In this document: positions 11,901 through 25,413 of the stretch, in pieces
How positions within the stretch are numbered: the stretch's first letter is position 1
Layout: every line of letters begins with the position of its first letter
NCBI GenBank assembly: GCA_010356995.1
Contig: ML996690.1
Span: 79,101-143,100, forward strand
Length of the DNA: 64,000 nt
Origin: Trichodelitschia bisporula
Lineage: Eukaryota
Direction: 5' to 3'
The notes under the pieces: model-generated
The model's database searches: none
Told to the model about the DNA's origin: nothing
Seen by the model: the letters and a program-made list of their open reading frames with translations, nothing else
Position numbers and translations under genes: made by a program

Positions 11901-13151
11901 TTGGAAGGATATGAGAAGACCACCTATCAAGAGTAAGTTATTTGTCGGCAAGCCTTTTGGAGTATCTTACCTCATTGAAAATGATACTGCCCCCAAGCTC
12001 ACAGATCGGCCAGATCGGTCCAGTATCCCTGCCCAAGCGCCCGTTGCGGCTATCGAGCAAGTTGCGTAACTTAGTTCCAGCAAGCTTCCCCTTTTCCAGA
12101 GGGATGATCTGGGGGATGATTTGCATGGCTGCATTCGTCCCCAAAAGGATGGACCAGAACACTGTAAATACAGTCGCAGCGCCACCTGAAATTTTGTCGA
12201 CCAGCGTGGAGCCAAACCAAAACCCCTGAACGAACATGAGCAATACGCCCGCCTTGCTGACGCTACTCTGCGCGGCATTCCAGTGGACTTGGTTGCGGAA
12301 AAAGAGCGACGCCTTAGCAATCAGCTTCGCGTAAGAGAACACTTCCTGGTCCTGTCCGTTGTTGGCCTTGACGGCATCGATGGCAGTGAGCGCAGTGGAC
12401 GCTCGGCCTGATGCCAGATGGAGGGCCTTCTTTTGGGCTTCCGTGTTCGGGTGGATCTTCTTCGAAACCACTGAAATGATCCATACTAGCATGGGGATGA
12501 GGGCTGCCGTGACGAGGGTAAGCTTCCACGATAGAGCGAGAGCCATGATGTAGGCAATCAGCAGAGTGCTCAGGTCACGAATGACACCGCCCATGGAGAG
12601 AGAAGTGGCGTGTTGCATATCATCGACATAGCTTCAAAGTCAGCGGAATTTGAGTACAATTACAAAACTAACCTCAAGATGGCATTCGTGAGAGTGGTAA
12701 TGCCATCCGGCACTAGGTCGTACCAAGCAGAGTCGCGGCCTTCAAGCGCACGAAAGGAGAAGTGACGGGCCGAGTCAGTTTGCAGCTCGCCGAATGTCGC
12801 CCAGAGCATGAAGAAAGCACCGTTGACGAGCCATGCCCCCGCTCCAAGAAGAGCCAGCCAGATTAGCTTCTCCCGAATATGATGTTGGAAATCCTGATCG
12901 GATAACGAGCCAATGCCGAATTTGCCAAAGAGTGCGAAGATGCGCCCGAGCAGATACGCCTGCGCGGGTATGAGGGCGCCCGCAAGAATGGCGGCGAGGA
13001 TTGCTGGGACCAGAACCAGGAGATGACGCCGGGTTGTGAAGCCGAACAGCGACTTCCACTGAGCTTTGAGCGGAGCTTCTTGAGCGGCTTCTGGCGCGAT
13101 TGACAGGACTATACCCTGGTCTTTGCCCGCTTTTTGGCGACGGTAATCCAT
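8921..13151 (-). CDS. STE6: Full-length ABCB transporter, STE6/HST6-like pheromone exporter (3 exons)
   Basis: TMD-NBD-TMD-NBD layout. Walker A GTSGSGKST and GTSGCGKST, two LSGGQ signatures, Walker B LILDES and LVLDEA. N-terminal WKSLFGFTTRRH and a long linker, as in fungal Ste6 orthologues. Probable start MDYRR at 13151. Confidence 0.8.
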
Positions 13152-13634
13152 AGCGCAGTGTTGAGCGGTTTGTGGGTGAGTGTCGTGGAGACTCGAAAAG
13201 GTGGAGGAAACGAAGCCCGCAGGTGGGCGCGGGTCGTGTGGCTTGGAGGGTGATTTTGCCAGCAAACATGGCACGGAGTTATAATCTCGTCGGGGTTGAG
13301 ATGGGTCAAGATTTTTAAATGTGTTGCGAGAATACTGCTGCTTGTTCTTAGCATTGTCCTGTCCTAGACATTGTTCTACATAGCACTGCATTCCGCATGC
13401 TTTGAGGCACAAAGCCATCCAGGTACGCACAAATTAAGCCACGCTTATATAAAGCAGATGCCGTTCCAACGGCACGGCGTCTTCGGTCTCATCCGTAGGT
13501 GAGCCAGAGCTCCGCCGGAGTGTCGTCAGCTTGCCGTCAGATAAGTCTGCGGCGTAACCGGATTGTATATAGCCAAATCGTCTAACACGCCCAAAGACAT
13601 ATGAATTTGGACTTGCAGGACAAACCAAAGCACA

Positions 13635-14269
13635 TCACTTCTTCTCAGCCTTGGCTTGCTGGTTAATCCAGTCGTTCAAGCCCGCGTGATTCCTGTTGGG
13701 TCAGCGAAGCCGGGACCAGAGAAGTCCAAAGCACTCACCTCGCGATCTCGATAGCATAGAACTGCATGCGCACCGCTGCATACCGTTAGAGAGGCTTCGA
13801 GAAGACCGGTAAACCTACCGAAGATTGTCTCATCCTCCCCGTACTCGAATTTGGGGTTGGAGCGTAGCATCGTCCCGAAGTTGTAGTCATCGACGCGCTT
13901 CTCGAACTTGGCGATGAACTTGCGCCACCGCTCTTTGTTCTCCTTGTTCTTCATCTCGTCCTCGTTGATTGTGGCGGCAGGATCAAATTCGGGAAAGTCC
14001 TTGCGGAACTCTTCGTGGATCTCGTCATCGATCTTGGTGAGAGTCAAAGTCGAACCGGGGACCGCCTCGAGGATCTTCCAATAGGTCATCATTTGCTGGA
14101 CAGCTGCAGCGGTTAGCTGGGCCCTGCAACGCAATGGACACTCTCACTCTTGACAGCAAACTGCTTTTCCATCTTTTTTGGTCAGCCTGGTTCGCGACGG
14201 TCGCAAAGCGCTTACATCTTCGAGATTAGGAGCCTCAGCGGCGTTGAAGTTGGCAGGAACGGCGGCCAT
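13635..14269 (-). CDS. PBDC1 / YPL225W-like protein (polysaccharide biosynthesis domain), 5 exons
   Basis: Spliced product contains MEKQFAVKAVQQMMTYW..LTKIDDEI..KERWRKF..DYNFGTMLR..RMQFYAIEIARN. Confidence 0.9.
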
Positions 14270-15317
14270 ATTGCAGCGTGGATATGGGTGTTTTGATGTC
14301 TGTGGAGTATGTGGGGAACTTTCTATGGGCAAATGTTGTTTCGAAGGTGGGGTTCTCGAGCTGCTTAACATCTCGAGGCAAGCTGGGGCGGGGCCGGATT
14401 AACTTCGGCCCAGGTGAGTCACTCCGCACCGCGTAGCTTCCAGTTCCTTCGAGTTTGGTTTCTTCACAAAGCATTTCGCTGTTCACGGTTTCGTCACATC
14501 TGGTGTGTGCTCGTTCTTTCCCAACATGTTGTGAACCGAGCTTTGCTTCAACATCTTTTGAGCGGTTGAATACAGCTTCATCGGCTATCCAAAACCCTCT
14601 TTACTCAGCATGCCTATGGGATGTCCACGATTAAGATCAGATGGGTTTGGAGTCCGGCATTAAACATGTACTGATATCGGTATCGGCGTTGTGGTGCAGC
14701 GGCGAATGCCCGGAAGCCTGAAGTCCACAAAGAGCTACCCTGGCGTGCCTTCCAAAGGACTAGAACTGCCAGCTCGTCTACCGATAAGACAGAGGGAGTA
14801 CCTTAAAGAAAGAAAGCTGCCCAACGTCCACAGTCCGAAGAAAGCAGTGAAACTCAATTTAGAGCTTGTTTATCCAGTTCGAGCTCTGTTCCCAATGCAG
14901 CAATGTACTGCAGTAGTCCCATGAGCCACCGACTTACCCCCCAGCTAGGTTAGAGGCGTGTGGGGTCTATGTCCGAAAGTCACGTTACCGCTGCCCGGAG
15001 GTCACGTTACAACATCTCTCCCCCCGCTGCCAGACGGCGTTGCCCCGCGACCGGGCGCCCAACGCCAAGCGCGCCCCAACTCGCACCTGCGTCATCCCAG
15101 GGCGCACAGGCACAAGACCGGGCCAGGGTCGCAGAAGGCGGGGTTGTTTAGCAAAGCAGCGTCAGCCGCCCAACTCAAGGCGTTGAGCACATAACGAGCT
15201 TCCCTGACCAACTGCTCCTCCAACTTTGCTTCTACAACTTTCATCCCAAGCTCTCGTCCCTACACCAGCTATATCCAAACCGTCCTCAGAATCCCGAATC
15301 CCGCACCTCAGCTCAAA

Positions 15318-15905
15318 ATGGCAACCCCAGTAGACACCACCCCTGCCGTTCCCGCCGCGGATCCCACCGTCGATACCACGCCCATAAGCCCAACCCGCTC
15401 TGCTCCTGCTCGGCGGGATAGTCTGGAGAAGCACCTTGCGCAGCGGCCCAACGTTGAAGAACTTAAAGCCAGGCACATCCTGCTGGACACGAATGCAGCG
15501 CCGTAGGGCCCCATCCCCTCCCCCCCAAGTTCGCAAGCTACGAGTAACGCGAGCACTCGGCTAACACCTCGTGTCCGCAGTGCCCTCCAGCAAACCCAGC
15601 ACGAGCTCGAGCGCCAGAAGATCACGGACAACTTGAAGAAGGGGCTGGAGCATAGGCCGGATCGGGGGTCGTTGGTTGAGCGTACGTCCCTTGTCCCACC
15701 TCCCAACCCGGGCCTTGAACTTAACGGCCTAGGCAATATCATGCCCGCCTCGACGGCAGCGCCAGCACTCATCGCGCACCAGCGCGAGCTAGAGAAACAC
15801 ATGCGGCAGGATAGTCTCGAGAGCCAGTTGAAGAAGCGGCCGAGTCCTGAGGAGTTAGTCAAGGAGGGGATATTGGCGGATGAGGAGGCGCCTAAGGCGG
15901 AATAG
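15318..15905 (+). CDS. RPEL-repeat protein (3 exons)
   Basis: Three RPxxxEL-type repeats: LAQRPNVEELKARHIL, LEHRPDRGSLVERNIM, LKKRPSPEELVKEGIL; GT-AG introns. Confidence 0.9.
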
Positions 15906-17141
15906 TGAATGAAGTGAAGAAAGTCGTGGGTAATAGGCGTTTGCTTTGCTTTAGTGTTGCGCCTTTGTTCGAGGGGCTGCCGGTTGGCGGAGGAGATGAA
16001 ACGACAGTGCCTAGGGTGTTTGCGGGGCTGATTCATGATGCTTTGCCCACTTGTCTTACTTCTACCTTTCGCACCGCATCAAAACTTCAGTTGACTTCCC
16101 AGTGGTCCCTGAACATAGTTGTGAGCCCATTTCAACCGGTCTTCGACCTGGATAACTGCGCACTCGCTTTCTAAGTCCGCTTCCAGAACAACCAGCGCAT
16201 CACGAACCACTTGCTTCTTGAACGCCTATCAAGTACCTTTCCGGATTATATCCAACTTGGGCCACAACGGCATCCCCACTGCTGGCGCTATCGAACAGGC
16301 ACGAAACTTAGAACTAGACTGTGGAGGGCTGAAGCCTCAAGGAGGGATATGTTGCTACGAGTATCTATGGTACAAGTCCATCGCCATCTTCACCCCCCGG
16401 TGGCCTTATCTCTGCAAAACAACCAAAGCTTCAGCTTTGTGTGACTCATATCCCGATAGTAATGCTGTAGCCTTCCCCTCCCTCTCCTCGGCTCTCATAC
16501 CGTACATTTCCATCTGATCCCATTGCTTAGTTACCCCCACTCCAGGGGCGTGGATTAACTGTAGTCCAAGGAATGCCTGGACAGAGAGCTGGCTACGAAA
16601 AGTTACTAGCGGGGCTATATCTCGCCGTGAGTCTCGTGTTCAATTCTTCGACGGGCTGTGTATTCAGACATGTTGCCTAGAGAATTGACGTGGTAGCCCT
16701 ATGGTCGATAAACACTGTCGTCGGGAATCCGTTTGCTACCACCATGTTGCGCACTTTGCTAACCGCCGGTCCAAGCCCACGGCCTCGAGCTCGGTGGCCA
16801 ATGGTTTTCCTGCTGCTTGCAACGAATGCTCCCTGATAGCCTGCAGTCAACGTGGCTTCCGGGGTGAGGGGCGACGACCACGATCTCCGCAACGATAGTC
16901 GGTAGCTTCAGCACCATGGCGCCAAGTAGCATTGTTCGGCCCGAGCTGAGGGACCTCCAACTTGCAGTAACGTAACTTTCGGACATACCGTACTACGGTA
17001 TACCCCACACGTCCCCATCGCCCCCAACCTGCTGTAGTGCACACTGTAGGGACAAGCCGTAGGTAAAAAGCTCATATCGACAGATAACCTTAAATCTATC
17101 TAGTATTCTAGCCTAGATTACTTTACCCGACCCTGGCCGCC

Positions 17142-18592
17142 CTATTTCTTTAGCCACCACAATCGACCCCGCAAGACCCCATTTCTCATTCCCACTTTCC
17201 TTACCATAATCGGTCTGCGAGGAGGCAGCGTGATGATGCTTGAGCTCTTACTGATCGCAGTATCCCCACTAGACCCTGACTCGTCGCTCGAGTTGAGCGC
17301 CCGCCGCTCTGTCCTCAACGCAGCAGCTGGCGCCGTGCACTGTCCTGCGTCTAAAGTCGGATCCCACCGTCTAAATGACAACCATCGTTGCACCCTGCTC
17401 TCGTTCTCGTGTAGTGGAAACTCGTCGATTAGGCGAAAGATCAAGGTGGGCTTCTTGCTCCCCCCGTCGTCCTCGGTCCCAGCTTGCCAGGAGTCGTACC
17501 GCAGCGTTGCCTCGATGACGCGGACCCCGTCGGGGTGAGATTAATGACGATAGCCTGGTGGAAAATCAACATTAGAATCTAGAGTATCGTAGGGAAAGGG
17601 CTCGCCATATCGTAGTATCGCCGTGTATCAGAACATTATCAAACACCTCCAAATCCTGCTCGTCAGCGCCGTCCCGGATATTGGCCTCCCACCTCAACTG
17701 ATACGACATAAGATGACAGACGGCGCCTATTTCACCGGCGTAGAGGCCGTCGTTTTCCTCCTCCACGAATATACCCGCCACGCTCTGGCTGGGAAGCCTG
17801 GCAGAGTGAAGGGACATGTGGTCCATCTGCTGATTGAGGTCTGTAACCTCGCAGCCTGAGACACAGGGGACTGTGACGACCAAGGCTCCCATTATGTCGG
17901 ATGGGTGGGGAATGCGCATGTCCCCTGCGTCGGTGGGGGTGGACTCGACAATACGGCGGCAGGTCCAGAGACACTTGTCCGAGGTCGTCTTTTTGCCCCA
18001 TCTTTTATCGACGTCTCGATGCAGAAGGGTATAGAGGTCGTGTTGATCAGGGTCGTCCGGTTCCCTGCCAGTGATACATGAGTGGTTAGTATTGTTAACC
18101 ATCAATGTACAAGGTATGTTGTACTCACCAAATGAGACGTAGCATTCGATGCGCAACATTGAAACGTTGCAAAGTGTCGTTATATTGCACTTGACTAGGA
18201 ATATCACCGTACGTCTCCTCGTACCCGTTAAGGATGTATTGCACAGCCTTGTCCATGTTCCCGGGCTTTGTTGCGAGGATATCCTGTTGCGTCAAAAACG
18301 CTAGACACAGATGAGTTTTAGGGGTGGCTGGCTCAGCCAGCAGACTGAAGAATTTCTCCTGGAGGGGTCGAACTATATCCGCATTGATACTTTACACATG
18401 GTGGATCTAGAGGCCGCATTTTCCCGCTGCCTCAGCAGCATGTCGCAGAGGAATAGGCCGCCCGACGCATCGAAATGGAGGCTCTCGGAGCTCCTTGTTC
18501 GAGCTGACGCGAATCCCAAAGGTGTTGCTGAGCGCTTCAAAGGCCTGCACAGTGTGAAGCGCAGCCATCTCCGGAAATCTAATCGATGCCAT
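17142..18592 (-). pseudogene. Decayed gene of an uncharacterised fungal family, copy A (paralogue of 34062-35795)
   Basis: Collinear similarity to copy B (MASIxF.., GRPIPL, MGALVVTVPCVSGCEV, EEENDGLY.GEIGAV, LIFRLIDEFP). Premature TAG at 18407-18409 where copy B has CAG; frameshifts. Confidence 0.75.
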
Positions 18593-19496
18593 CGTTGATG
18601 GCAGATGGTGTGGTGTGAAGAGAGAACTGGAAGGTAGTTATCGCCCCCCTGTGTGTGGAGACGTCACGGAGTGCGGCCATGAGAGCTCTGAGAGCGATGT
18701 GGGGTTGCGAAGTTATGGAGGCAAGCTCTCTACTGAGAGTGGGGTTTTGTGGTAGATGCCAAGACCCCAATCTAATAGCCCCGAATACGAAACCGCCGCC
18801 CCACTAGTCTATGCGCCTGGGCATTACGCATACACGCCCGGTTCCCTGCGTATGCTACGTTGGTATATGTGTTTCATGTTTGTGTCACAGTATGATGTAG
18901 AGATAGGTGATAGCATCTTAATTGTGGGAAGATCCTCGACCGCGGTTCGAGCTCCGGGAATGAGTGGGGAATATGCTGCGCATGACAGAATACGTAGCCC
19001 AAATGCCAAAATTCTCCTAACAAAGCCGACGGTTACTTCAATGCTGCAATTCATAGTAGTATCTCAACAAGCGATCGAAAAATGTTTAGATTCAAATTGA
19101 GCACAGAATATGCCGATTCTGAATTACCTTAGCCGATTAGTTTTTTGTTATCTCGTTGCGTTAACTTTCCACGATGTGTTGAGAGGCAGTATGGGAGAGC
19201 ACTGACCATGCGGCCAGTACTTCGGTCCTAGCATGGAGCTCGTAGATAGATTAGCTAGCTGAGCAGATTGCTCCATCTCCACGCATCATCACATCTATCT
19301 TCTCCTGTTTTTCAGTTTGTCTGTGCCAGTCCACACAGTCGACACGATGTTTAAAGTGGAACATGTGGGCCAAGTATTCTGTCATGCGCGTGCTTGCCCG
19401 CCCACGACCACTTCTCCCCTTCAGCCTTCTATTTAGTTCATCAAGCAAATCAAAGGTTTCATACCCTACACTGCGCACCGTGACAATAAGCGTCCT

Positions 19497-19600
19497 TCGT
19501 AGGCGTATCGTCGAGCGTTCTTATGAGCGTCCCTGTAAGCCTTCTTGTAAGCGTTTCTGCGAGCGTCCTGGTGAGTATCTCGGCGAACATTCCTTCCCTA
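19497..19600. repeat. Degenerate 12-bp minisatellite (approx. tgtaagcgtccc), about 8 units
   Basis: Periodic gagcgt/aagcgt every 12 nt. Confidence 0.55.
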
Positions 19601-19870
19601 GGCGTGTCTGATTGGCTAGCTCGAGCAGATTCGCGTTCTTATTGGCTGGCCAAATCGGACAAGGGTGTTTTGGTTATGAGTTGAAAAAAATGGAAGGAGC
19701 ATTACCACTCTTGGGCATGGTGCTTGCTTAACGCAGGCACCGATGACGCAATCATAGTAATGGAAGGAACGATGGAGGACATTGTGTGCATATCCTAGAG
19801 CGCCTCTACTCCCTCTCTGCTCTGTTTTTCACCGAATTGATCCCAGCAGCTACCGTAGGAGAACAACAAC

Positions 19871-21074
19871 ATGTCCTGCGTCTTCGCCACGTCAACCGCC
19901 AATTGGCAGGAAATCGCCAACAAAAACTTAGCAGGCCACGAGACACTCTCAAAGATCAAGGACGGTCCGTTTTCCTTAATCGGTCCAAGGCGACGGCATA
20001 CAAGCAGCTCTCAGGATCGAGGGCCAAGTCGGGGGATCGTCTATTCCTCTGCGCGGTATGGCCCACGGCGGCGGAAGTATCACCACTCGGACAATTTTTC
20101 ACGGCAAAGGACCTGCTTCAGGAAACAGGCTTCATCAGTGACCCCTCTAAAGACCTAGCATCAGAAAGGCTTGGGCTCGTGCTAGGCGTCAACCTTACTC
20201 AAGGACAACCCAGCGGCCGGTACCCACCTGGGGACATCTCAGTGGTTCTGGGCTTTCGTGTCCGACATCAGCGGAAACTAGGCCCCGCCTCTCAACGGAG
20301 CGGCTTTAGGGGCGTCCTTTGTCTCCTACACTAACTTCTTCCTCATCAAAGGTCAACGTCACGCCGACGAGACCATCGTCACGGTCTTTTTCGCCAGTTT
20401 CGTACAGGCATTAGCGACGCTGCTTTACCCATAAGGGGATCGCTATACCATCAAGGCAGGCAGGCACAGATTTACTTACAAATTTCGGGGCGATACCGTT
20501 TTCCAGTCAGATATCAATGCCTCTATTGAAGCGAAGGTATGTCTCCTAATACTTATTAACCGCTTATGATCCCTTCTAACTCGTATATCAGGTCAGGCCG
20601 CCTCCATTCGATGAGGAGTTCTTCCTCGCAATTCATGAGTTTAAGAAGTGTTCCTGGGACAAGGTGCAAAACACCGTTCCGTATCAGGTGGCTTTTGAGA
20701 TCACGGGCCGAGTATGCGAGATGCACTGCGATACATGGGACAAAAACGTAGATGAGCGGTGTCCCAAAATCCTACTGGTTAGCCAGGATCGACTGGAGGC
20801 TGCTATCACGTTTGCAACGTACGGCCCGAAGTATGTTAAATACATTCTTCATGGGGAAGTCCCCGTCTTGGGACAGGTCGAGGACGAAGACATGCTCCAT
20901 ATACACCGACTGGCGGTCTTCAGCCTAGCAGACCGGCAGGAGCTCCTCCAATTTGTCTACATCTTCGGTAAACATGCTCCTGAACGATACAACAGGGGAC
21001 TAGAGAGGTCAAGAATTGATAGAATAGAATATGAGACCTGTATCCATCTATTTCTGAATCTATTCTACCCATAA
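19871..21074 (+). pseudogene. PD-(D/E)XK nuclease-like fungal protein pseudogene
   Basis: Segments SGSRAKSGDRLFLCAVW, DETIVTVFF..FVQAL, SDINASIEAK (D..EAK) and LLVSQDR..ITFATY..YVKYI resemble a widespread fungal PD-(D/E)XK-like family. Frameshift near 19980, in-frame TAA at 20432-20434, intron after EAK. Confidence 0.6.
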
Positions 21075-21502
21075 ATGTGAAAGGTGTCGGAAGCGACGTC
21101 CACAAAGATTGTAGCCCTCACCCCAGTCCAGCCTCGCCGAGCCCAGCGCCACTCCATCAGCCTTGCGTCTCGCCAATCTGACCGCAAAAGTCACGGCCGA
21201 ACCGCTCCATGCACCAATCTCGCAGTCCAAAGCGTATTGGTTTAGGTTATCGCTACTGGGCCGCTTCCGTCGTTAATTTGTGGAAGGGAAAATCCCGCCT
21301 AGGAATTATACCCGTACCCGATGTAGGGCTGTCCATACTAGATCTCGGCCTGATGATCGGCAGATTAGGTAGATTGCGGTATCTATTGCCGCGCAGATAG
21401 AGAGATAGAGTTAGAGGGGATATATACCACTCCTCTTAGCCCCTGCGGGCTCACCAGCTACGATATCCAGCCAAGCCTCACCTACCTCGTGCACTCTTCA
21501 CA

Positions 21503-22434
21503 ATGGCGCTCAGTCTCGCTCCCATCCTGTCCCTTCTGGCTTTCCTCCTCCTTACCCTCACCCCAGTCCAGGCCCAAAGAACCACGAATCACTATCTATA
21601 TGGCCCGGCCTGGGGATTTAGAAACTACCGCGCCAAGGGGAGTTACATCCAGTCGGCGGAGACAACACTGCACCCGGGACCACCGCCAAAGCCGGCCCAG
21701 GCACGGCTGGCACTCTGGCCAGGGCTAGATGTGCCCAAAGGCCTGGTGCAGCCGATCATTGTGAGCAGCGACGAGTATCTCTATCAGAAGAAGTGAGTGG
21801 CTTTATGTGGGGATTGGCAGAGGAGAGGATTGAGGCGAAGATGGCGACAGGGCTGATGAGCTGGCAGGCAGTGTGGGGATGCGACCCCCGAGCACTGGTG
21901 CGTGTTCGCGAGCATGATTGTCGGAAATGCAAAGCAGGAAATGGGCAAGCGGGTTGCGCTAGCGGGAGATCAGTCCCTGGTCATGAAATGTACGCAGTAC
22001 ATTCCCATGCTACCCCCCTAATCACCACAGTCGTATACAACACCACGTTGAAAGGATATCACCAATCGCTCTTCATCCCACCCAACCCGCAACCCGTCAG
22101 CATCCTCAACATCGCCTCCGGCCCGTCTACCAGTTTCTACACGGCAACCGAATGCCAGTCCAAGCACGCGGGCACCGTCAACGCGCACACCTACACCGAG
22201 ACCACGATCGTGCTCTCAGAGCCCGACCCTAACTGGGGCAAAACGCCGACATATAGTTTCATGGGGTGTGCCGACTCGGCGACGACGGACGACGGCGGCA
22301 AAACATGGAAGATTGGGACAATCCACATGAAGGAGAGTCAGGCGCCCAAGGATTATGCGCGCACCATTGGCCCTAAGGGACCGGCATGGTGTAAGGGCGA
22401 GGCAGGAGCGGCAGGAGCGACAGGTGCAACATAG
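21503..22434 (+). CDS. Secreted protein of unknown function (probable beta-sandwich; ConA/G1-peptidase-like by appearance), 3 exons
   Basis: Hydrophobic signal peptide; LALWPGL, LVQPII, WCVFAS, TECQ and DDGGKTW motifs; two GT-AG introns; TATA-like sequence near 21420. Confidence 0.75.
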
Positions 22435-22628
22435 GAAGTTAACAAAGGATAGTACATGGATACATTCGCTGTGCACGCCGCTATCGTAACATTATGATCC
22501 CCCCCATCCCCAAGAACTCCAGTGCATCCGCAAACCAACCCGGGTAAGCACCCAACCATCTATCAGTCATGTAGCCTAACACCGCCCGAAACAAAATCTA
22601 CCTGAACCATCTCATCCATTTTACAAGC

Positions 22629-23863
22629 CTAAGCCCATTTTCCCAAGAGCGCCATCAACCCCGCACCCAGACACATGACACCAAACGCACTGAGCACCTT
22701 CCCGATGCTCGCTTGCCGCATGGACGGCGAGAACATGAACTCGTGCGCCATGAGCTCGACGAGCCCCGTGTAGATCAGGATGCCTGCAGAAACGCTGTCG
22801 AATACTCCGTTCGCTACGAGAGCCGCCTGGCTGCCAGGCGAGAAGCTCTTTCGCACGCCGAGCCCCACAGCAATGGCAGAAGGTGTGGAGATCGCATATC
22901 CGATGCCGAGGGCGTATGGCGTCCAAGCCCTGCCGCGCGGCCAAGGCGCCGCACAAAGACGAGTCCCAAGACCAAGCCCTTCGAATGTCTGGTGGAAGAC
23001 GAGTACAACGTACAGAGTGACGAACTCTGAACCTGCGACGGCGAGCGTCAGACCGATGAAGATGCTGTGAAAGACGACGCCGAATTCCAGGATGAAGATG
23101 GCGGTCATTTGCGCGGCATAACTTTCGGCTCCCATGTGCGACTTCAGGGATGAATTATCGGTGTGCTCCCGGCCGTGGCCTAGGTGATCATCGCCTATCA
23201 TGGGCGTGTGGCCGTGGGAGTCCTTCTCCGGGCCCTTAGCGGAGGAGACAGAGGCGGAGGTCGGTGCGTGGCCGAGCTCCTCGTCGGCCGGGGGGGTGCC
23301 GTGGGAGTGAGCTTCTCCATGGGAGTGGTCATGCCCGAAGGAGGCGAAGCGCATGGTGAGAGTTTCGAGGAGGAACATGCTGAAGATGGTCATGAGGACG
23401 ATGCCTTCGACCCAGGAATACTCGGTAATCGGGCCCTGAAGGCACGGGTTGTTGAGAGCCTCATGGGCGGGGGCAAGAAGCTACATAGTTAGAGAAAAGG
23501 TTACGAGAATATATAGGTATGGAACATACATGAATGAATGCCGTCGCGATGATGACGCCTGAGCCGAAGTACTTCGCGATAAAGAATAGAATTTCGAAGG
23601 CGCGGTTGTGGGTGTACTTCTTCGCGAAGATGGGGAAGAGGGCGCCTGGCTTCGTTAGTCTGCGCCGGAGAGTCAAGAAGATGTAACATACCGAGCAGCG
23701 AGCCGATGAAGATAACGAATATCGCCGATATACGAAGTCCCAGCTGTCCCGAGTATTCGTTGTCTTGCGCGCAGTGGCCCGGTTGGCCGATCAGAGGGAC
23801 GGAGATCATCTCCGGGACTTCGCGCGGAGAGAGCGCACCAATGTTATGGAGTGTGAGTGCCAT
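22629..23863 (-). CDS. ZIP family zinc transporter (Zrt1/Zrt2-like), 3 exons
   Basis: LRISAIFVI, AKYFGSGVIIATAFIH, His-rich loop, LEFGVVFHSIFIG, FHQTFEGLGLG, C-terminal LLGKWA. Confidence 0.95.
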
Positions 23864-23992
23864 CGTTTGTGTGGGGTAGAAAAGGAGGGGAAACAGTGCC
23901 CTTCTTAAGGAAGAATATTTGAATGCGCGGACAGGCGTGGTTGCGCAGGACCCGAAGCATAGGCGTACCAGGTAGGAGGAGGGGAGGACGCG

Positions 23993-25413
23993 GCCACCAG
24001 GGTTTGAAGAGTGGGCGGTGACTGAGCAACACGTATGAGGGTAGCCAGCTTACGGGTGTAGGGTATGGTGCAGGAGACTTTGGAGTTGTTGAAGAGGATA
24101 GCCGGCAAGTCGGCAGTCGCAGAGAGAATGGTGATGGCTCGCCAGCGCCGCAGAAGCCGCAGAAGCTGCTTTCACTCCGCACCCACGGTACCCTGATGGC
24201 CCTGCCGAGCCAACAGCCCAGAAGCCTCCCGACAAAGCCCTTTCCCTCCACTTCACTCAGCCGAAACCAATCCACCGCCCCGCATTATTCACAAACACAA
24301 CACTCCACGACACTCGACATATGGCCAGGCCGTCGCATATGAGCTGTGACAAAAGGTGGTTCGCCAGAGACGGCCTCCATTCTAATCTTCGTCTCCTTCG
24401 CCCAGGGCATGGCGAAGCTGGCAAGCGCTGCCTCACCTCGCCGACCCGATTGCCTTATCTCTGCCCCTTCCGCCCGACAATCGCCCGACACTGCCCAGCG
24501 GCGCGATTGTGAGGAAGGCGTATGCACGGCGCCGTTGAGGCAGCGTAAAACATGCCTTCCTATTGGCCAAGCCGGTACCGTGATGGCCGGCCCCGCGGGG
24601 CTGCCTCGATGCCACTTCGATGCCGATTGCACGGCCACAGCTTCTCCGAGACGCATGAGGCCAGCTGAGTGACGAAAATATGACGGCGCAGCTGGTTGCA
24701 TGCATTACTAAGGTCCTGCGCGAGAGGATTTGAGGTGCGATATGGCTGCCGCACGCGCGGCATTGGCGGTTGTGTGCGCGGGACGAGCCGCCGGGTCTCG
24801 GCGTCAGGCTTCGATATGCGTCATTTCAGGCACTTTCCGGAAGGGTGTTCCTTTCTTCGCGGACCATGATGGTTGATGGATTAATCACAGGTCTGCCTTG
24901 TGCATCGAACTGCAGTCGTAGCTGTCGTTCAGCCTGTGCCGAGAACGCTTCCTCGAAGTTGGGATGCATCGAGTCGAGATTAGTCGCAAGCATTGGCTGA
25001 CAATGTTCTCGCTCGCGGGTGCGGCTGCAGGTTGTATCTGCGGGCCATCAGTGTTGCTTTGTCATTCTGTCATGCCTTTAGGCTGAGAAGCGCTCCCCGG
25101 ACTGTCTTTCTGATGATCTAGATCCCATCATGCATTGGATGAGTCGCCCAAACGGTCTCTGCAACAGGATGATGGGATGATGAGGTGACGATAAACCTGC
25201 TGGCTTTATAACGCTAGAATTTTCTCCTCTCAGTATTCGTTCCATCCTATTTCTGGCACCTGGTCCTTGCCGATCCGGTTTGTGATCAATAACTATTGGC
25301 CTGTCACCCATGGCAATCCGACTGCGTGCGGGTATCGTATGCCGCAACCCCCACTTCCGAAGCGACTTTCTGCAACAGCATACGGCTTCGCCACTTGATC
25401 CAGCCATCAGGGT
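23993..25413. promoter_or_regulatory. Three GCCAYCAGGGT sites (ZafA/Zap1-like zinc-response elements) upstream of the ZIP gene
   Basis: gccaccagggt at 23993-24003 (+), gccatcagggt at 24200-24190 (-) and 25403-25413 (+); one-mismatch copy at 25044-25054. The CARGGT core resembles the Aspergillus ZafA site. Confidence 0.55.

Noticed and set aside
16985..17001. Palindrome ataccgta-c-tacggtat resembling joined ends of the 34969 MITE
   Set aside because: Only 8-9 bp per side; similarity does not extend, so chance cannot be excluded.
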